This document shows positions 1 to 12,288 of a stretch of 64,000 nt of DNA, one piece after another. Every line of letters begins with the position of its first letter. The stretch's first letter is position 1. Source of the stretch: Verrucomicrobiota bacterium (GTDB lineage Bacteria; Verrucomicrobiota; Verrucomicrobiia; Opitutales; Cerasicoccaceae). A model generated the notes under the pieces. It did no database searches. It was not told where the DNA came from and saw only the letters and a program-made list of their open reading frames with translations. The stretch spans positions 346,155 to 410,154 of the forward strand of contig JBCBUK010000003.1 of the NCBI GenBank assembly GCA_039818205.1, given 5' to 3'. A program made the position numbers and the translations under genes.

Positions 1-14
1 GGCAGAAATCGTTT

Positions 15-2456
15 TTACTCTTCGTCGTCTACCTCAGCATCGTCGACTTCAACGACTCGGCAAATGCCAACGAGTTTATCGTCATTGGCAAGGTTGATCA
101 GGCGAACCCCTTGAGTGGTGCGGCCGATGACGCGAACGTCCTTGACTGGACTGCGAACCGCTTGCCCACCCACGGTGAACATCATGATCTCGTCTTCCTC
201 ATGGACGCTCAATGCACCGGCGACTTTCGAAGCGGTCTTTAAGGCAATGATACCGGAACCACCACGGCTTTGTGTGCGGTATTCCGAATATTCGGTGCGC
301 TTGCCGATGCCATTTTCTCCAGCAATGAGTAGCGTCGCATTGGAGTCGACAACTTCGATTGCCTTAACTACGTCATCGTCTTTCTTGAGCGTGACGCCTT
401 TGACTCCTCGGGTCGCGCGACCTTGGTCACGTAGGTCGGTTTCAGGGAAGCGAATCGACATGCCTTCACGAGTCACGATGACCAACTCGTTCTCGCCAGA
501 GGTCAGCTTCGAACCAATGAGTTCATCATCGTCGTCAATTTTAATGCCGATGGTGCCGCCCTTGCGGTAGTTTTGATATTCTGAAAGGTTGGTCTTCTTA
601 ACGATTCCCTTCTTGGTGCACATGACCAAGTGGAAGTTGTCGGTAAACTCTTTGATGCAAATCATCGAAGCGATGCGCTCGTCCTTTTGCATTTGGAGAA
701 CGTTGACGATCGACCGGCCCTTGGACGTTCGAGTGCCTTCCGGGATTTCGTAGACCTTTTCCACGTAGACGCGACCATTGTTCATGAAGAACATGATGTA
801 ATCGTGGGTTGAGGCTGTGAACAGGTGCTCGACAAAGTCCTCGTCGTGTTGGCCGCTGCCAATGACACCCTTGCCGCCGCGCTTTTGTGAGCGATAACTG
901 CTAACGGGAGTGCGCTTGACGAAGCCCTTGTGCGAGATCGTGATGATGCAGCCTTCGTTGGCGATCACGTCTTCCATACGGAATTCACCTTCGGCCGCGA
1001 TCAGTTGTGTTCGGCGTGGGTTCTCAAACTTTTCGGTAAGTTCGTTGAGCTCATCTTTGATGACGCCAAGCAGAATGCTCTCATTGTCGAGGATCGACTT
1101 GTAGTATTCGATCTTCGCCATGATCTCGCGGTATTCTGCCTCAATTTTTTCGCGCTCCAGTCCAGTCAACTGGTAAAGGCGCATGTCGAGGATCGCGTTG
1201 GTTTGGCGCTCGCTCAGCGGATATTTTGCCATCAACTTTTCGCGCGCTTCGTCGCGATTCTTCGATGCGCGAATGATTTTCACAAAGTCATCAAGATTGC
1301 TCAGGGCGATCTTGTAGCCTTCGAGGATGTGAGCACGGTCTTCGGCCTTGCGGAGAAGGAATTGGGTCCGACGGTAGATGACATCGCGGCGATGCTCGAT
1401 AAAGCACTCGAGCATTTCTTTGATGTTCATCTGCTTTGGCCGGCGTTCGTCCAGTGCGAGCAGGATGACGCCGAAGGATGATTCAAAAGGCGTATGCTTG
1501 GCGATCTTGTTGATCACAACGCGGCCTGGCTCACCCCGTTTGAGCTCGATTACGATACGGGTGTTCTCGTCGGATTCGTCGCGCAGGTCGCTGATCTCAT
1601 CGAGGACCTTCTCGTGAACTAAGCTTGCAATCTTAGTTACTAGGTTCGCGCGATTGACGTTGTAAGGAATCTCGGTGATTACGATCTGTTCCTTGCCGTT
1701 CTTGAGCTCTTCGGTGTGGGCCGTTCCTTTAATGCGAACAATCCCACGTCCGGTGCGCATGTACTGGTCGATTCCCTTGCGACCTGCAATGGTGCCGCCG
1801 GTTGGGAAGTCGGGGCCGGGGAGCACTTGCATGAGATCATCAACGGTGCAATTTGGCTGGTTGATGATCATGTTGATGGCCGCGGTCAACTCCGTTAGGT
1901 TGTGCGGAGGAATGTTGGTGGTCATACCGACTGCAATTCCGGTGGAACCATTCATCAGGAGGTTAGGCAAACCGCTGGGAACCACACTGGGCTCGGTGGT
2001 TGACTCCTTGTAGTTTGGGACGAAGTCAACGGTGTCCTTGTCGATGTCCCGCATGAGCTCCTCAGCAATGGCGGTCAGGCGACACTCGGTATAACGATAA
2101 GCCGCAGGCGGGTCACCGTCGACGGAACCAAAGTTTCCTTGAGGGTCGATCAGCGGGTAGCGCATGACCCAACGTTGACCCATCCGCACGAGGGCATCGT
2201 AGACGGACATGTCACCGTGAGGGTGATAGTTCTTCAACACTTCGCCAACCACGCCGGCGCATTTGTCGAAGGAGCGGTTGTGCAGGAGACCTTCCTGCTG
2301 CATCGCGTAGAGGACGCGGCGTTGAACCGGCTTTAAGCCGTCGCGGGCATCGGGAAGTGCTCGGGAGACGATAACCGACATCGAATAGTCGATGTAGGCG
2401 TTCTCCATGATATCGGTAATTGAGCGTGCTTCCAGGCGTTCTTTATCAGTATACAT
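15..2456 (-). CDS. gyrA: DNA gyrase subunit A
   Basis: RALPDARDGLKPVQRR, YHPHGD, catalytic AAYRYTE, GyrA-box QKRGGKG and C-terminal pinwheel repeats; directly downstream of gyrB. Confidence 0.97.
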   Translation of the reverse strand: MYTDKERLEARSITDIMENAYIDYSMSVIVSRALPDARDGLKPVQRRVLYAMQQEGLLHNRSFDKCAGVVGEVLKNYHPHGDMSVYDALVRMGQRWVMRYPLIDPQGNFGSVDGDPPAAYRYTECRLTAIAEELMRDIDKDTVDFVPNYKESTTEPSVVPSGLPNLLMNGSTGIAVGMTTNIPPHNLTELTAAINMIINQPNCTVDDLMQVLPGPDFPTGGTIAGRKGIDQYMRTGRGIVRIKGTAHTEELKNGKEQIVITEIPYNVNRANLVTKIASLVHEKVLDEISDLRDESDENTRIVIELKRGEPGRVVINKIAKHTPFESSFGVILLALDERRPKQMNIKEMLECFIEHRRDVIYRRTQFLLRKAEDRAHILEGYKIALSNLDDFVKIIRASKNRDEAREKLMAKYPLSERQTNAILDMRLYQLTGLEREKIEAEYREIMAKIEYYKSILDNESILLGVIKDELNELTEKFENPRRTQLIAAEGEFRMEDVIANEGCIITISHKGFVKRTPVSSYRSQKRGGKGVIGSGQHDEDFVEHLFTASTHDYIMFFMNNGRVYVEKVYEIPEGTRTSKGRSIVNVLQMQKDERIASMICIKEFTDNFHLVMCTKKGIVKKTNLSEYQNYRKGGTIGIKIDDDDELIGSKLTSGENELVIVTREGMSIRFPETDLRDQGRATRGVKGVTLKKDDDVVKAIEVVDSNATLLIAGENGIGKRTEYSEYRTQSRGGSGIIALKTASKVAGALSVHEEDEIMMFTVGGQAVRSPVKDVRVIGRTTQGVRLINLANDDKLVGICRVVEVDDAEVDDEE

Positions 2457-2534
2457 TGGTATTCAAAATAGTTCTTCGGGTAGTCGGTTTGAAGACCCCT
2501 CGATAAGAGTTTTTCGATCGGAGTGGCTACGCGC

Positions 2535-5384
<2,850 letters not shown>

Positions 5385-5448
5385 TTAACTACCAGGCGTT
5401 TTGGAAGCGCCTGCTCTTCCTATAAATCAATAACTCGTTACCATCAAT

Positions 5449-5721
5449 ATGAGCCAACACCACCTCGAACACAGCGACGTTCTTCGCGTCATCGGACAGT
5501 CCCATAAAAGCTTTGATGATGCGGTCAGCAGCGCCCTTCAGCAGCTTGCTAGCCCGAGCCATGGACACAACCATCACCCAAACCTAACCTTCCAGTCGTT
5601 TGAGGTGGTTAAGCTCGGAGGATACTTGCACCACGATAAAGACGGTAAATCCTGCGCGGTGACCCATTTTAGCGCGACGATCGACGTCGTAGCCGTCCAC
5701 GATCACAGCGACGGGGAGTAG
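5449..5721 (+). CDS. His-rich dodecin-like protein
   Basis: VIGQSHKSFDDAVSSAL...FEVVK.GG....pattern matches the dodecin fold; 13 His in 90 aa; followed by a terminator. Confidence 0.7.
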   Translation: MSQHHLEHSDVLRVIGQSHKSFDDAVSSALQQLASPSHGHNHHPNLTFQSFEVVKLGGYLHHDKDGKSCAVTHFSATIDVVAVHDHSDGE

Positions 5722-5759
5722 GTGCCGGCTTGAGGCGCCCACCTCGGGTGGTCACTGTT

Positions 5760-5790
5760 ATGGCGTGGCGGATATGCCGCGCCATTTTTT
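5760..5790 (+). terminator. Rho-independent terminator
   Basis: ATGGCGTGGC-ggatat-GCCGCGCCAT hairpin followed by a T run. Confidence 0.75.
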
Positions 5791-5875
5791 CGAGGATCTC
5801 AGCTGGTAGCCAGTGACGGGAAAGAGGCACTCGCACCGTCACAACAAACGTCGAGTTGGGTGAATCAGCTAACGC

Positions 5876-6451
5876 CTAGTGACCGCTCTTACAGGACTTG
5901 CAGCGGCAGAGATTGCTCACATGGGTGCCGACAAGGAAAAGCCCACCCAGAGTGGTCAGGATACTGGCCATTGGAAAATTCAGTTTCCACTCGCCTGTTT
6001 CGGTTGTTTGGACCGATGGACAGCAGACCTCGCTGCAGCCACTGTCTGCACCTTGTGCTTGCGGTACCGATCCGCCCGAAATTAACGCGTGTTCCCCGAG
6101 GCCTGACGGGCTTGAGGCGTTCTCAAGCGATGGTACGATCGCACCAGCCAGCACGAACCCAATGCCGAGTACACCGAGCAGGACCATGCTTCTACGGCGT
6201 GTTTTCTCGTAGCCTTTGACCATCATGATTGCCGCTACTGGGATCACAAACGCCGCCATGACCCAATGGGTCATGGGGTTGGACCAAGCTTTGCCGAACG
6301 CGGGTGCCATAAGGAGGAGGATTGGAGTGACCGCGCAATGAACGGCGCAGAGGGCTGAAGCCACAATGCCGATTTTATCACCGTTTCCTTTGAATGGCTC
6401 TTCGGTGGATCCTGCCGGTGGACTCACGAAAATCGTTCTAACTAAGCTCAT
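5876..6451 (-). CDS. MerC-family membrane protein, Cys-rich
   Basis: DKIGIVASALCAVHCAVTP motif, four TM segments, CSEVCCP loop, C-terminal H..NLCRCKSC. Confidence 0.8.
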   Translation of the reverse strand: MSLVRTIFVSPPAGSTEEPFKGNGDKIGIVASALCAVHCAVTPILLLMAPAFGKAWSNPMTHWVMAAFVIPVAAIMMVKGYEKTRRRSMVLLGVLGIGFVLAGAIVPSLENASSPSGLGEHALISGGSVPQAQGADSGCSEVCCPSVQTTETGEWKLNFPMASILTTLGGLFLVGTHVSNLCRCKSCKSGH

Positions 6452-6481
6452 TAGCGAAACAGAGAATGTTGCTTGTACACT

Positions 6482-6502
6482 TAATGCAAGTCTTTTGCAT
6501 TA
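6482..6502. promoter_or_regulatory. Palindromic operator, Fur/Zur/Mur-like
   Basis: Perfect inverted repeat TAATGCAA-gtctt-TTGCATTA about 30 bp upstream of the MerC-family start. Confidence 0.55.
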
Positions 6503-6703
6503 GTGCTGGGTTGTTTTTGTAGATGTCCATTGGGGCTGTCGATTTGCATGGGATCCCGGTATGCCGTCGGGAGTCTTCTGGCGCGAATTTTGCATCCTCT
6601 ATTGCAAAATCAGTGGGCGTGAGCTGCCGCCAATGGATTCAATTTTTCTAGTCTGGATCCTTTTCGTTGCCAAAGTTAGGTAAACGACCCAACTTAAGTA
6701 GTA

Positions 6704-7117
6704 TTGAAACTATCACTAAAAGTTGAATACGCGCTGCGGGTATTGGCTCAACTGGGCCGGTATCAGGGAACATCGAAGTTGGCGCACATCGATTCCCTCG
6801 CTGAGGCTGAGGAAGTGCCGTCAAACTACCTGGTGCAAATCCTTAACGAATTGCGCAATGGTGGTATCATCACCAGTCGTCGGGGTAAACAAGGTGGCTA
6901 CGCATTAGCCAAGGAGCCAGACGTGATTTCCCTCTATGACGTGATGCGTGTCATTGATCCGGGTCTCTTTACGAGTGAGCCGTCCCGTGCCGGGCAATCG
7001 GGTGCGCACGTTGCGCAGGCGCTTACTCTCATTGGTAGTGCTTTTGAGGAGAAGGCGAAGGGTCTAACCTTGCGTGATCTGATGCCGAAGGACGCGGGTC
7101 CAATGTATTACATCTAG
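6704..7117 (+). CDS. Rrf2-family transcriptional regulator (CymR-like, no Fe-S cysteines)
   Basis: MKLSLKVEYALRVL, YLVQILNELRNGGIITSRRGKQGGYAL, C-terminal MYYI; TTG start; no Cys. Confidence 0.88.
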   Translation: MKLSLKVEYALRVLAQLGRYQGTSKLAHIDSLAEAEEVPSNYLVQILNELRNGGIITSRRGKQGGYALAKEPDVISLYDVMRVIDPGLFTSEPSRAGQSGAHVAQALTLIGSAFEEKAKGLTLRDLMPKDAGPMYYI

Positions 7118-7175
7118 CCTGAATAGCGGATGTCTGCTGGTATTTGGCCAATCGCTTTGGGCGATTTCTTTGTAT

Positions 7176-8330
7176 CTATTTGAAGCGCGACAAAGAGAAG
7201 GGAGCGAGCAATTTTGGGCGCTCTTCGGTGATGCACCATGTGGCGATGAGTTCGCCGAGGCCAGCGGAGTGCTTAAATCCATGGCCTGAACATGGGGACG
7301 CGAGAAGAATACGGTCGCGTTCGGGGAGGCGGTCGATGACGAATTCTTGATCGGGAGTCACGGTGTAGGCGCAACGAATGGAATGGGTTGGCCCGGGTTC
7401 GAAATCGATTGCGAGGCAGGCGGTCTCAAAAAGGTAATCAACTTCCTCCCGAGTGGGTTTCACGTCATTTTGAGTAACTGGAATCGATTGGGTGAACTGC
7501 TCGCTGGCCACTTTCATTGCACCATCATCACCGGGTAACGGTGGGAAGCCGTAGAGCATGCCATCGCCAGGGTTTGGGATCCGGATAAAGATGGGAAAGT
7601 TTTTCGGAGCGGGCTCTTGCGGGCGATACCAGGCCTGCACTTGTGGATAGATCGTGAAGGTCGATTGCACGTTCTCGGGCAGGAACGATTTTAGCCAGCC
7701 TCCGGCGGAGAGGATAACTTGGTCGGCAGTCCAGGTCTGGTCCGCACTGGTTAGGCGAACATGATCATCGAATTGCTCGATTCGATCGATCACGGTATCG
7801 AGGGCAAGGTGAGCGCCGAGCTTTTGGGCGCACGTCAACTGCGTATCAATGCACGTTTCCGGGCAAACGTAGCCAGCCGTTGGTTCATAGTATCCGCGAT
7901 CGGTGTCGCTGAATTTGAACAAGGGAAAGCGTTCCCGCATCGCCTGCGCCTCCAGCAGCTCGTGTTCAATTCCATGTTTCTGCGCAGCGGCAATAGTTGT
8001 GCCCAAGAAGTCTTCGACGCCGTGGGTTGGTCCATTGCCGGTGGTGTTTCCATAGATCAGACCACCGACCTCGTGAAGTAACGAGTGATTGGTTTTCGCC
8101 TCTAGATCTTGCCAGATTTTGTGTGATCGAATCACAATTGGAGAGTAGTGCGCACCTTCTCCGATCGCTAGACGAGTGATTCGACTTTGGCCGTGCGAGG
8201 AGCCATGCGAGTGGGGTGGGCGGAAGCGGTCGATGCCCAATACGCGTTGGTTGCGTTGGGCGAGTTGATAAAGAGAGGCGCTTCCCACTGCACCAAGGCC
8301 AACGATGATCACCTCATAGTGAGATACCAT
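7176..8330 (-). CDS. solA: N-methyl-L-tryptophan oxidase / monomeric sarcosine oxidase
   Basis: GLGAVGS FAD motif, HSHGSSHGQSRITR, CAYTVTPD (FAD-linking Cys), CSGHGFKH. Confidence 0.85.
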   Translation of the reverse strand: MVSHYEVIIVGLGAVGSASLYQLAQRNQRVLGIDRFRPPHSHGSSHGQSRITRLAIGEGAHYSPIVIRSHKIWQDLEAKTNHSLLHEVGGLIYGNTTGNGPTHGVEDFLGTTIAAAQKHGIEHELLEAQAMRERFPLFKFSDTDRGYYEPTAGYVCPETCIDTQLTCAQKLGAHLALDTVIDRIEQFDDHVRLTSADQTWTADQVILSAGGWLKSFLPENVQSTFTIYPQVQAWYRPQEPAPKNFPIFIRIPNPGDGMLYGFPPLPGDDGAMKVASEQFTQSIPVTQNDVKPTREEVDYLFETACLAIDFEPGPTHSIRCAYTVTPDQEFVIDRLPERDRILLASPCSGHGFKHSAGLGELIATWCITEERPKLLAPFSLSRFK

Positions 8331-8419
8331 GGTTTCATCCTGGGCGATGTGCTTAGGGCTGTCGAGGCAAAGGAGATTTGGTTTGGATTTGTCGGGGATA
8401 GCTGCTATCCGCTTATCCT

Positions 8420-9133
8420 ATGGCTCATGTGCGACTACTTGTTTCGACTGTTCTTTTCACGCTACCATTAGTTGGCCAAGCGAGCATGGCGCTTCAGTTT
8501 AATTTTGGAGCAAATGGAGTAAATGAACCGACCTGGAACAATGTTCCCGCAGGGCTCGGCTATGTTGGGAACCCCGATACGATTTCTAATTTGGTCGATA
8601 CTAGTGACAATCCAACGAGCTATTCGCTAACCGTCACTTCGATTGCCAATGGTCCGAACTTTTCGGGAACGACCTCCTCGACTTTGTTCCCGGCATTTGC
8701 CACGGAGTTCAATATATTTGGCAATACACCGGAGGCGGGAAATGGCATTGCCAATGTAACGCCCGTCTATGAGTTGAAAGGGCTGGAGACGGACGTTGCA
8801 TACGATTTTTTGTTCTACGCCTCGCGCGCCGGTGTTTCTGACAATCGCGAAACTACCTACCGCCTAACGGGGACTACGGTTGAGGCCGTCGACCTGAATC
8901 CGTCGAATAACATCGATACCTTCGTGACAATCGAGAACGTTTTCCCGGATGAGTTCGGGACGTTTCAAATCGAGGTGTTGCCCGGGCCAAACAACGACAA
9001 TTCGTTTACATTCACTTACCTTGGCGTATTGCAGGTAACCCAAGTGCCAGAGCCGGAAACTTATGGATTGATTGCCGGTGCGGTGATTGGATTGGCGGTA
9101 GCTGTTCGCCGCCGCCGATCCGCTAAGGCATAG
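8420..9133 (+). CDS. PEP-CTERM sorting-signal protein
   Basis: Signal peptide; C-terminal VPEPETY, then a TM helix, then RRRR. Confidence 0.9.
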   Translation: MAHVRLLVSTVLFTLPLVGQASMALQFNFGANGVNEPTWNNVPAGLGYVGNPDTISNLVDTSDNPTSYSLTVTSIANGPNFSGTTSSTLFPAFATEFNIFGNTPEAGNGIANVTPVYELKGLETDVAYDFLFYASRAGVSDNRETTYRLTGTTVEAVDLNPSNNIDTFVTIENVFPDEFGTFQIEVLPGPNNDNSFTFTYLGVLQVTQVPEPETYGLIAGAVIGLAVAVRRRRSAKA

Positions 9134-9146
9134 GAGCTGATCGCTC

Positions 9147-10940
9147 TTAGTAAACGTCGCGTTGGTAACGCTTGTCTTTTTGTAGTTGCTTCACGGTTGC
9201 TTCGGCGTCGTCGCGTGAGAGGCCGCCGTGTGTTTCGTGAATGCTGATGAGGGCCTCGTGGACATCGTGGGCCATGCGTGACGCATCGCCGCACACGTAG
9301 AAGTGGCCACCATCTTGCAACCAAGCATAGATGTCCTTGCCCTTTTCGATCATGCGATTCTGAACGTAAACCTTGTGGGCCTGGTCGCGAGAGAACGCAG
9401 TGTCGAGCTTGGTGAGGACTCCATCCTTCATGTAGCTTTGCAGTTCAAGCTGGTAAAGGAAGTCGTAAAGGAAGTGCTGGTCACCGAAGAAGAGCCAGTT
9501 CTTACCCTTGGCCTCAGTGGCGGCGCGCTCTTCCAGGAAGGACCGGAATGGGGCCACGCCGGTGCCAGGTCCAACCATGATAATGGGTTTGTCGCTGTCG
9601 GCCGGGAGCTTGAAATTCTTGTTGTGGTGCGTGTAGATCGGCATCGTGTCGCCGATCGAAACGCGGTCGGCCAAGAAAGTTGAAGCAACGCCGCGGCGCT
9701 CACGCCCGTGGGTGTTGTAGCGAACAGCGGCAACCGTCAAGTGCACCTCATCCGGATGTGCCTTCATGCTCGAGGAAATCGAATAAAGGCGGGGTGGCAT
9801 CTTGCGGAGCAGGCCGACAAATTCCTTCGCATTGAGACCGCTCACTGGATGATCAACGAGCAAATCACAAAGTTGGCGACCCCAGAGGTAATCTTGGAGT
9901 TTTTCCTTTGCGCCGTTTGCGAGCAATGCCGTCAGCTCGTCACTCTTGGCCAAGTCGTTATACTTTTTAACGATATTCTTGGTCAGACCAGTGATGTCGT
10001 AGTATTGGGTCAGGACTTCGTTAAGTGGACCTTCGCTACCATCTGGCGCTGCAACGGCATCCTCGGTATTGAACTTACCCGCTTCGATAACCGCTTGAAC
10101 GTCTTCCTTCGCGTTGCTTGGTAAAATGGCAAGGGCATCACCGGCTTCATAGGTCAACCCGCTGCCAGCAAGTGACAACTCGACGTGAATCGTTTCCTTC
10201 TTCGAGCCACGTCCGTTGAGGAGGACGCGTTCTTTGAGTTCCGATGGGAACGGATTCTTTTTCCCATACTCGATCGCGGGAGCCAAAGTGGCGGCACTAG
10301 CACCATTGGTAGCCACGGTTGGTTTCGCGAGTTCGGCGAGATCATGCAACGCGCCGTCGAGCCACTTGTTGAAAGGCGGTTCGTAGTCGAGGTCGCAATC
10401 GGTGCGTGGGTGGAAACGCTTGCCGCCCAGCTCTTCGAGTCGCTTATCAAAGTCCTTGCCGATCTGGCAAAATTTCTCGTAGGAGGTGTCACCAAGGGAG
10501 AGCACTGAGAAGCGTGCTTGCTCCATCTTGGGGGCTTTATCGCCCATGACGAAGTCGTAGAAGGTGACTGCTCGGTCAGGTGGCTCACCGTCGCCCCAGG
10601 TGCTGACGATGACCATGAGGTTTTCCTCTTTCCCAAAATTCGCTGGCTTGTAATCACCCATGTCCGCAATTTTGGCATCAAAGCCTTTCTTTGCGGCGGC
10701 TTTCTTTGCCTGCGCAGCGAGCTCCTCCGCGTTGCCACTCTCAGTACCGTAGAGGATGGTGAGCGGGATGCGTGCCGTTGGCGCGGCGATGGCCGCGGGA
10801 GCTGGATTCCCGGATGCGCTTTGGGCTCCCGCGAGGAAGCCACTCAACCAGGTTGTCTGCTGGGCGTTCAAGGTCGGCAGAACCTGATTAAGAGCCGAAC
10901 GTTGTGGCTCGCTGAAAGGTGCGTGTTCAGGAATATTCAT
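9147..10940 (-). CDS. cysJ: Sulfite reductase (NADPH) flavoprotein alpha subunit-like diflavin reductase
   Basis: WLSGFLAG N-terminus, YGTESGNAE flavodoxin motif, PRLYSISS, GPGTGVAPFR, C-terminal RYQRDVY; start placed at ATG MNIPEH. Confidence 0.85.
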   Translation of the reverse strand: MNIPEHAPFSEPQRSALNQVLPTLNAQQTTWLSGFLAGAQSASGNPAPAAIAAPTARIPLTILYGTESGNAEELAAQAKKAAAKKGFDAKIADMGDYKPANFGKEENLMVIVSTWGDGEPPDRAVTFYDFVMGDKAPKMEQARFSVLSLGDTSYEKFCQIGKDFDKRLEELGGKRFHPRTDCDLDYEPPFNKWLDGALHDLAELAKPTVATNGASAATLAPAIEYGKKNPFPSELKERVLLNGRGSKKETIHVELSLAGSGLTYEAGDALAILPSNAKEDVQAVIEAGKFNTEDAVAAPDGSEGPLNEVLTQYYDITGLTKNIVKKYNDLAKSDELTALLANGAKEKLQDYLWGRQLCDLLVDHPVSGLNAKEFVGLLRKMPPRLYSISSSMKAHPDEVHLTVAAVRYNTHGRERRGVASTFLADRVSIGDTMPIYTHHNKNFKLPADSDKPIIMVGPGTGVAPFRSFLEERAATEAKGKNWLFFGDQHFLYDFLYQLELQSYMKDGVLTKLDTAFSRDQAHKVYVQNRMIEKGKDIYAWLQDGGHFYVCGDASRMAHDVHEALISIHETHGGLSRDDAEATVKQLQKDKRYQRDVY

Positions 10941-11067
10941 GGATAAGAAAACCAAGTAGTAATGCGGTTACTGCCCCTGAGATCAAGTCTTAGTTCAGCT
11001 TAATTAGCGCATCTTATCTATAAGTGCAGCCTAGCTGCTAGCCCGATCTGGCCAAATTTTCGGAATT

Positions 11068-11514
11068 CTACGCGTTTGAACTGTTGGCCGTTTTGGGGGC
11101 AACGACGGTGAAACAGGCGCGGACGGAGTCTGGAATGGCTAGTGGCCGGCCTGAATTGGCGTCGATATAGACCCAATCAGTCTCCCCGTGAGCGATAACA
11201 GACTGATCATCGGCTTTGAGAAACTGGTATCGACGCTTTGAGCGAACCCGCTCCACCTCAGCAATCCAAGTCTTTGCGATCAGTCGATCTCCAAGCAGGG
11301 CGGGGCGCCGGTATTCAATATGGTGAGACCGAGCGACCCAGGTCGCTCCAAGTCGATCGGTTTCCTGGGCCCCTCCCGTTGATCGGGCATGGGCAATCGC
11401 GACGTCCTGCATCCATTGCACGTAGACGACGTTGTTGACGTGGTCATTGCGGTCGATCGCATCGGGTCCCACGACAATTTCTTCGGAAAACGTTCCTGAT
11501 TCATCCACCGGCAT
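11068..11514 (-). CDS. Acyl-CoA thioesterase (hotdog fold)
   Basis: IDRNDHVNNVVYVQW, HHIEYRRPALLGD, GRPLAIP. Confidence 0.88.
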   Translation of the reverse strand: MPVDESGTFSEEIVVGPDAIDRNDHVNNVVYVQWMQDVAIAHARSTGGAQETDRLGATWVARSHHIEYRRPALLGDRLIAKTWIAEVERVRSKRRYQFLKADDQSVIAHGETDWVYIDANSGRPLAIPDSVRACFTVVAPKTANSSNA

Positions 11515-11517
11515 CGT

Positions 11518-12225
11518 TTAAGACTTATCCTTGAGAAGCATGAGCGACTCAAGGTTCGAACCTTTGACGCCGTAAATTCGCAAGCTCTTGGGGATCGATG
11601 TCACTTTGAAATGGTAGGCTGTATAAAATGCCACAGCCATGCAAACCAGGGCGAATATTGCGGTTATGGTGGATGCGGTTTCGGTGTCGGGCTCCATCAT
11701 AGCCCAGGCGACGATCGCCCAAATGATGCTGATGGTGCCGAGAATAACACCGACAACCTGGCCGAACATAAGGAGCGGTCGAGCGGCTTTGCAGCGTTCA
11801 TAAACGGCCATTGGCAAACGATGGATGGTGCTGTATCCGGTTTCTTTCGTTTCGTCACCACGGGTCAGCAAAGCCAGTAGGGCGAGTGGGCCGAAGAACA
11901 TCGATAAGAGCATTCCAATCGCACTCTTATTTGATTCCGAATACCTAACCTTCCAGTAGGCACGCACTAAAATGCCATCCTCGCTTGTTTCAGCTTCAGC
12001 GCTCGAGATTTCGCCTGCAATACGGCCGAAGCGGTCGCAGGCGATGGATTTGGTCTGAGTTTGTTTCTGGAGGTGTCGCAACAGTTTACCCTCAAATAGC
12101 ATTTCGGTTTGCTGAGAGAGTAAGGCGGCTTCACGCTCCAACTGCCCTTGGGCAACGGACTCTGACAAGGCGACGGAGCTGCGTTGCTGAGGAAGTTTTG
12201 CCGACGGTGTGAGTTTGTAATTCAC
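11518..12225 (-). CDS. Hypothetical membrane protein (about 3 TM)
   Basis: 235-aa ORF fitting tightly between co-oriented genes; hydrophobic segments. Confidence 0.6.
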   Translation of the reverse strand: MNYKLTPSAKLPQQRSSVALSESVAQGQLEREAALLSQQTEMLFEGKLLRHLQKQTQTKSIACDRFGRIAGEISSAEAETSEDGILVRAYWKVRYSESNKSAIGMLLSMFFGPLALLALLTRGDETKETGYSTIHRLPMAVYERCKAARPLLMFGQVVGVILGTISIIWAIVAWAMMEPDTETASTITAIFALVCMAVAFYTAYHFKVTSIPKSLRIYGVKGSNLESLMLLKDKS

Positions 12226-12288
12226 GATTGATACAGAATAGTATTAATCCGTGGATTCGGTTGGGCAAGAGAAACCGGGGGCGGCGGG

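Noticed and set aside
5876..6451. Mercury-resistance operon
   Set aside because: Only a MerC-family gene is present; no merA, merR, merP or merT
10154..10843. 229-aa alternative-frame ORF in cysJ
   Set aside because: Arg/Ser/Pro-rich frameshifted shadow
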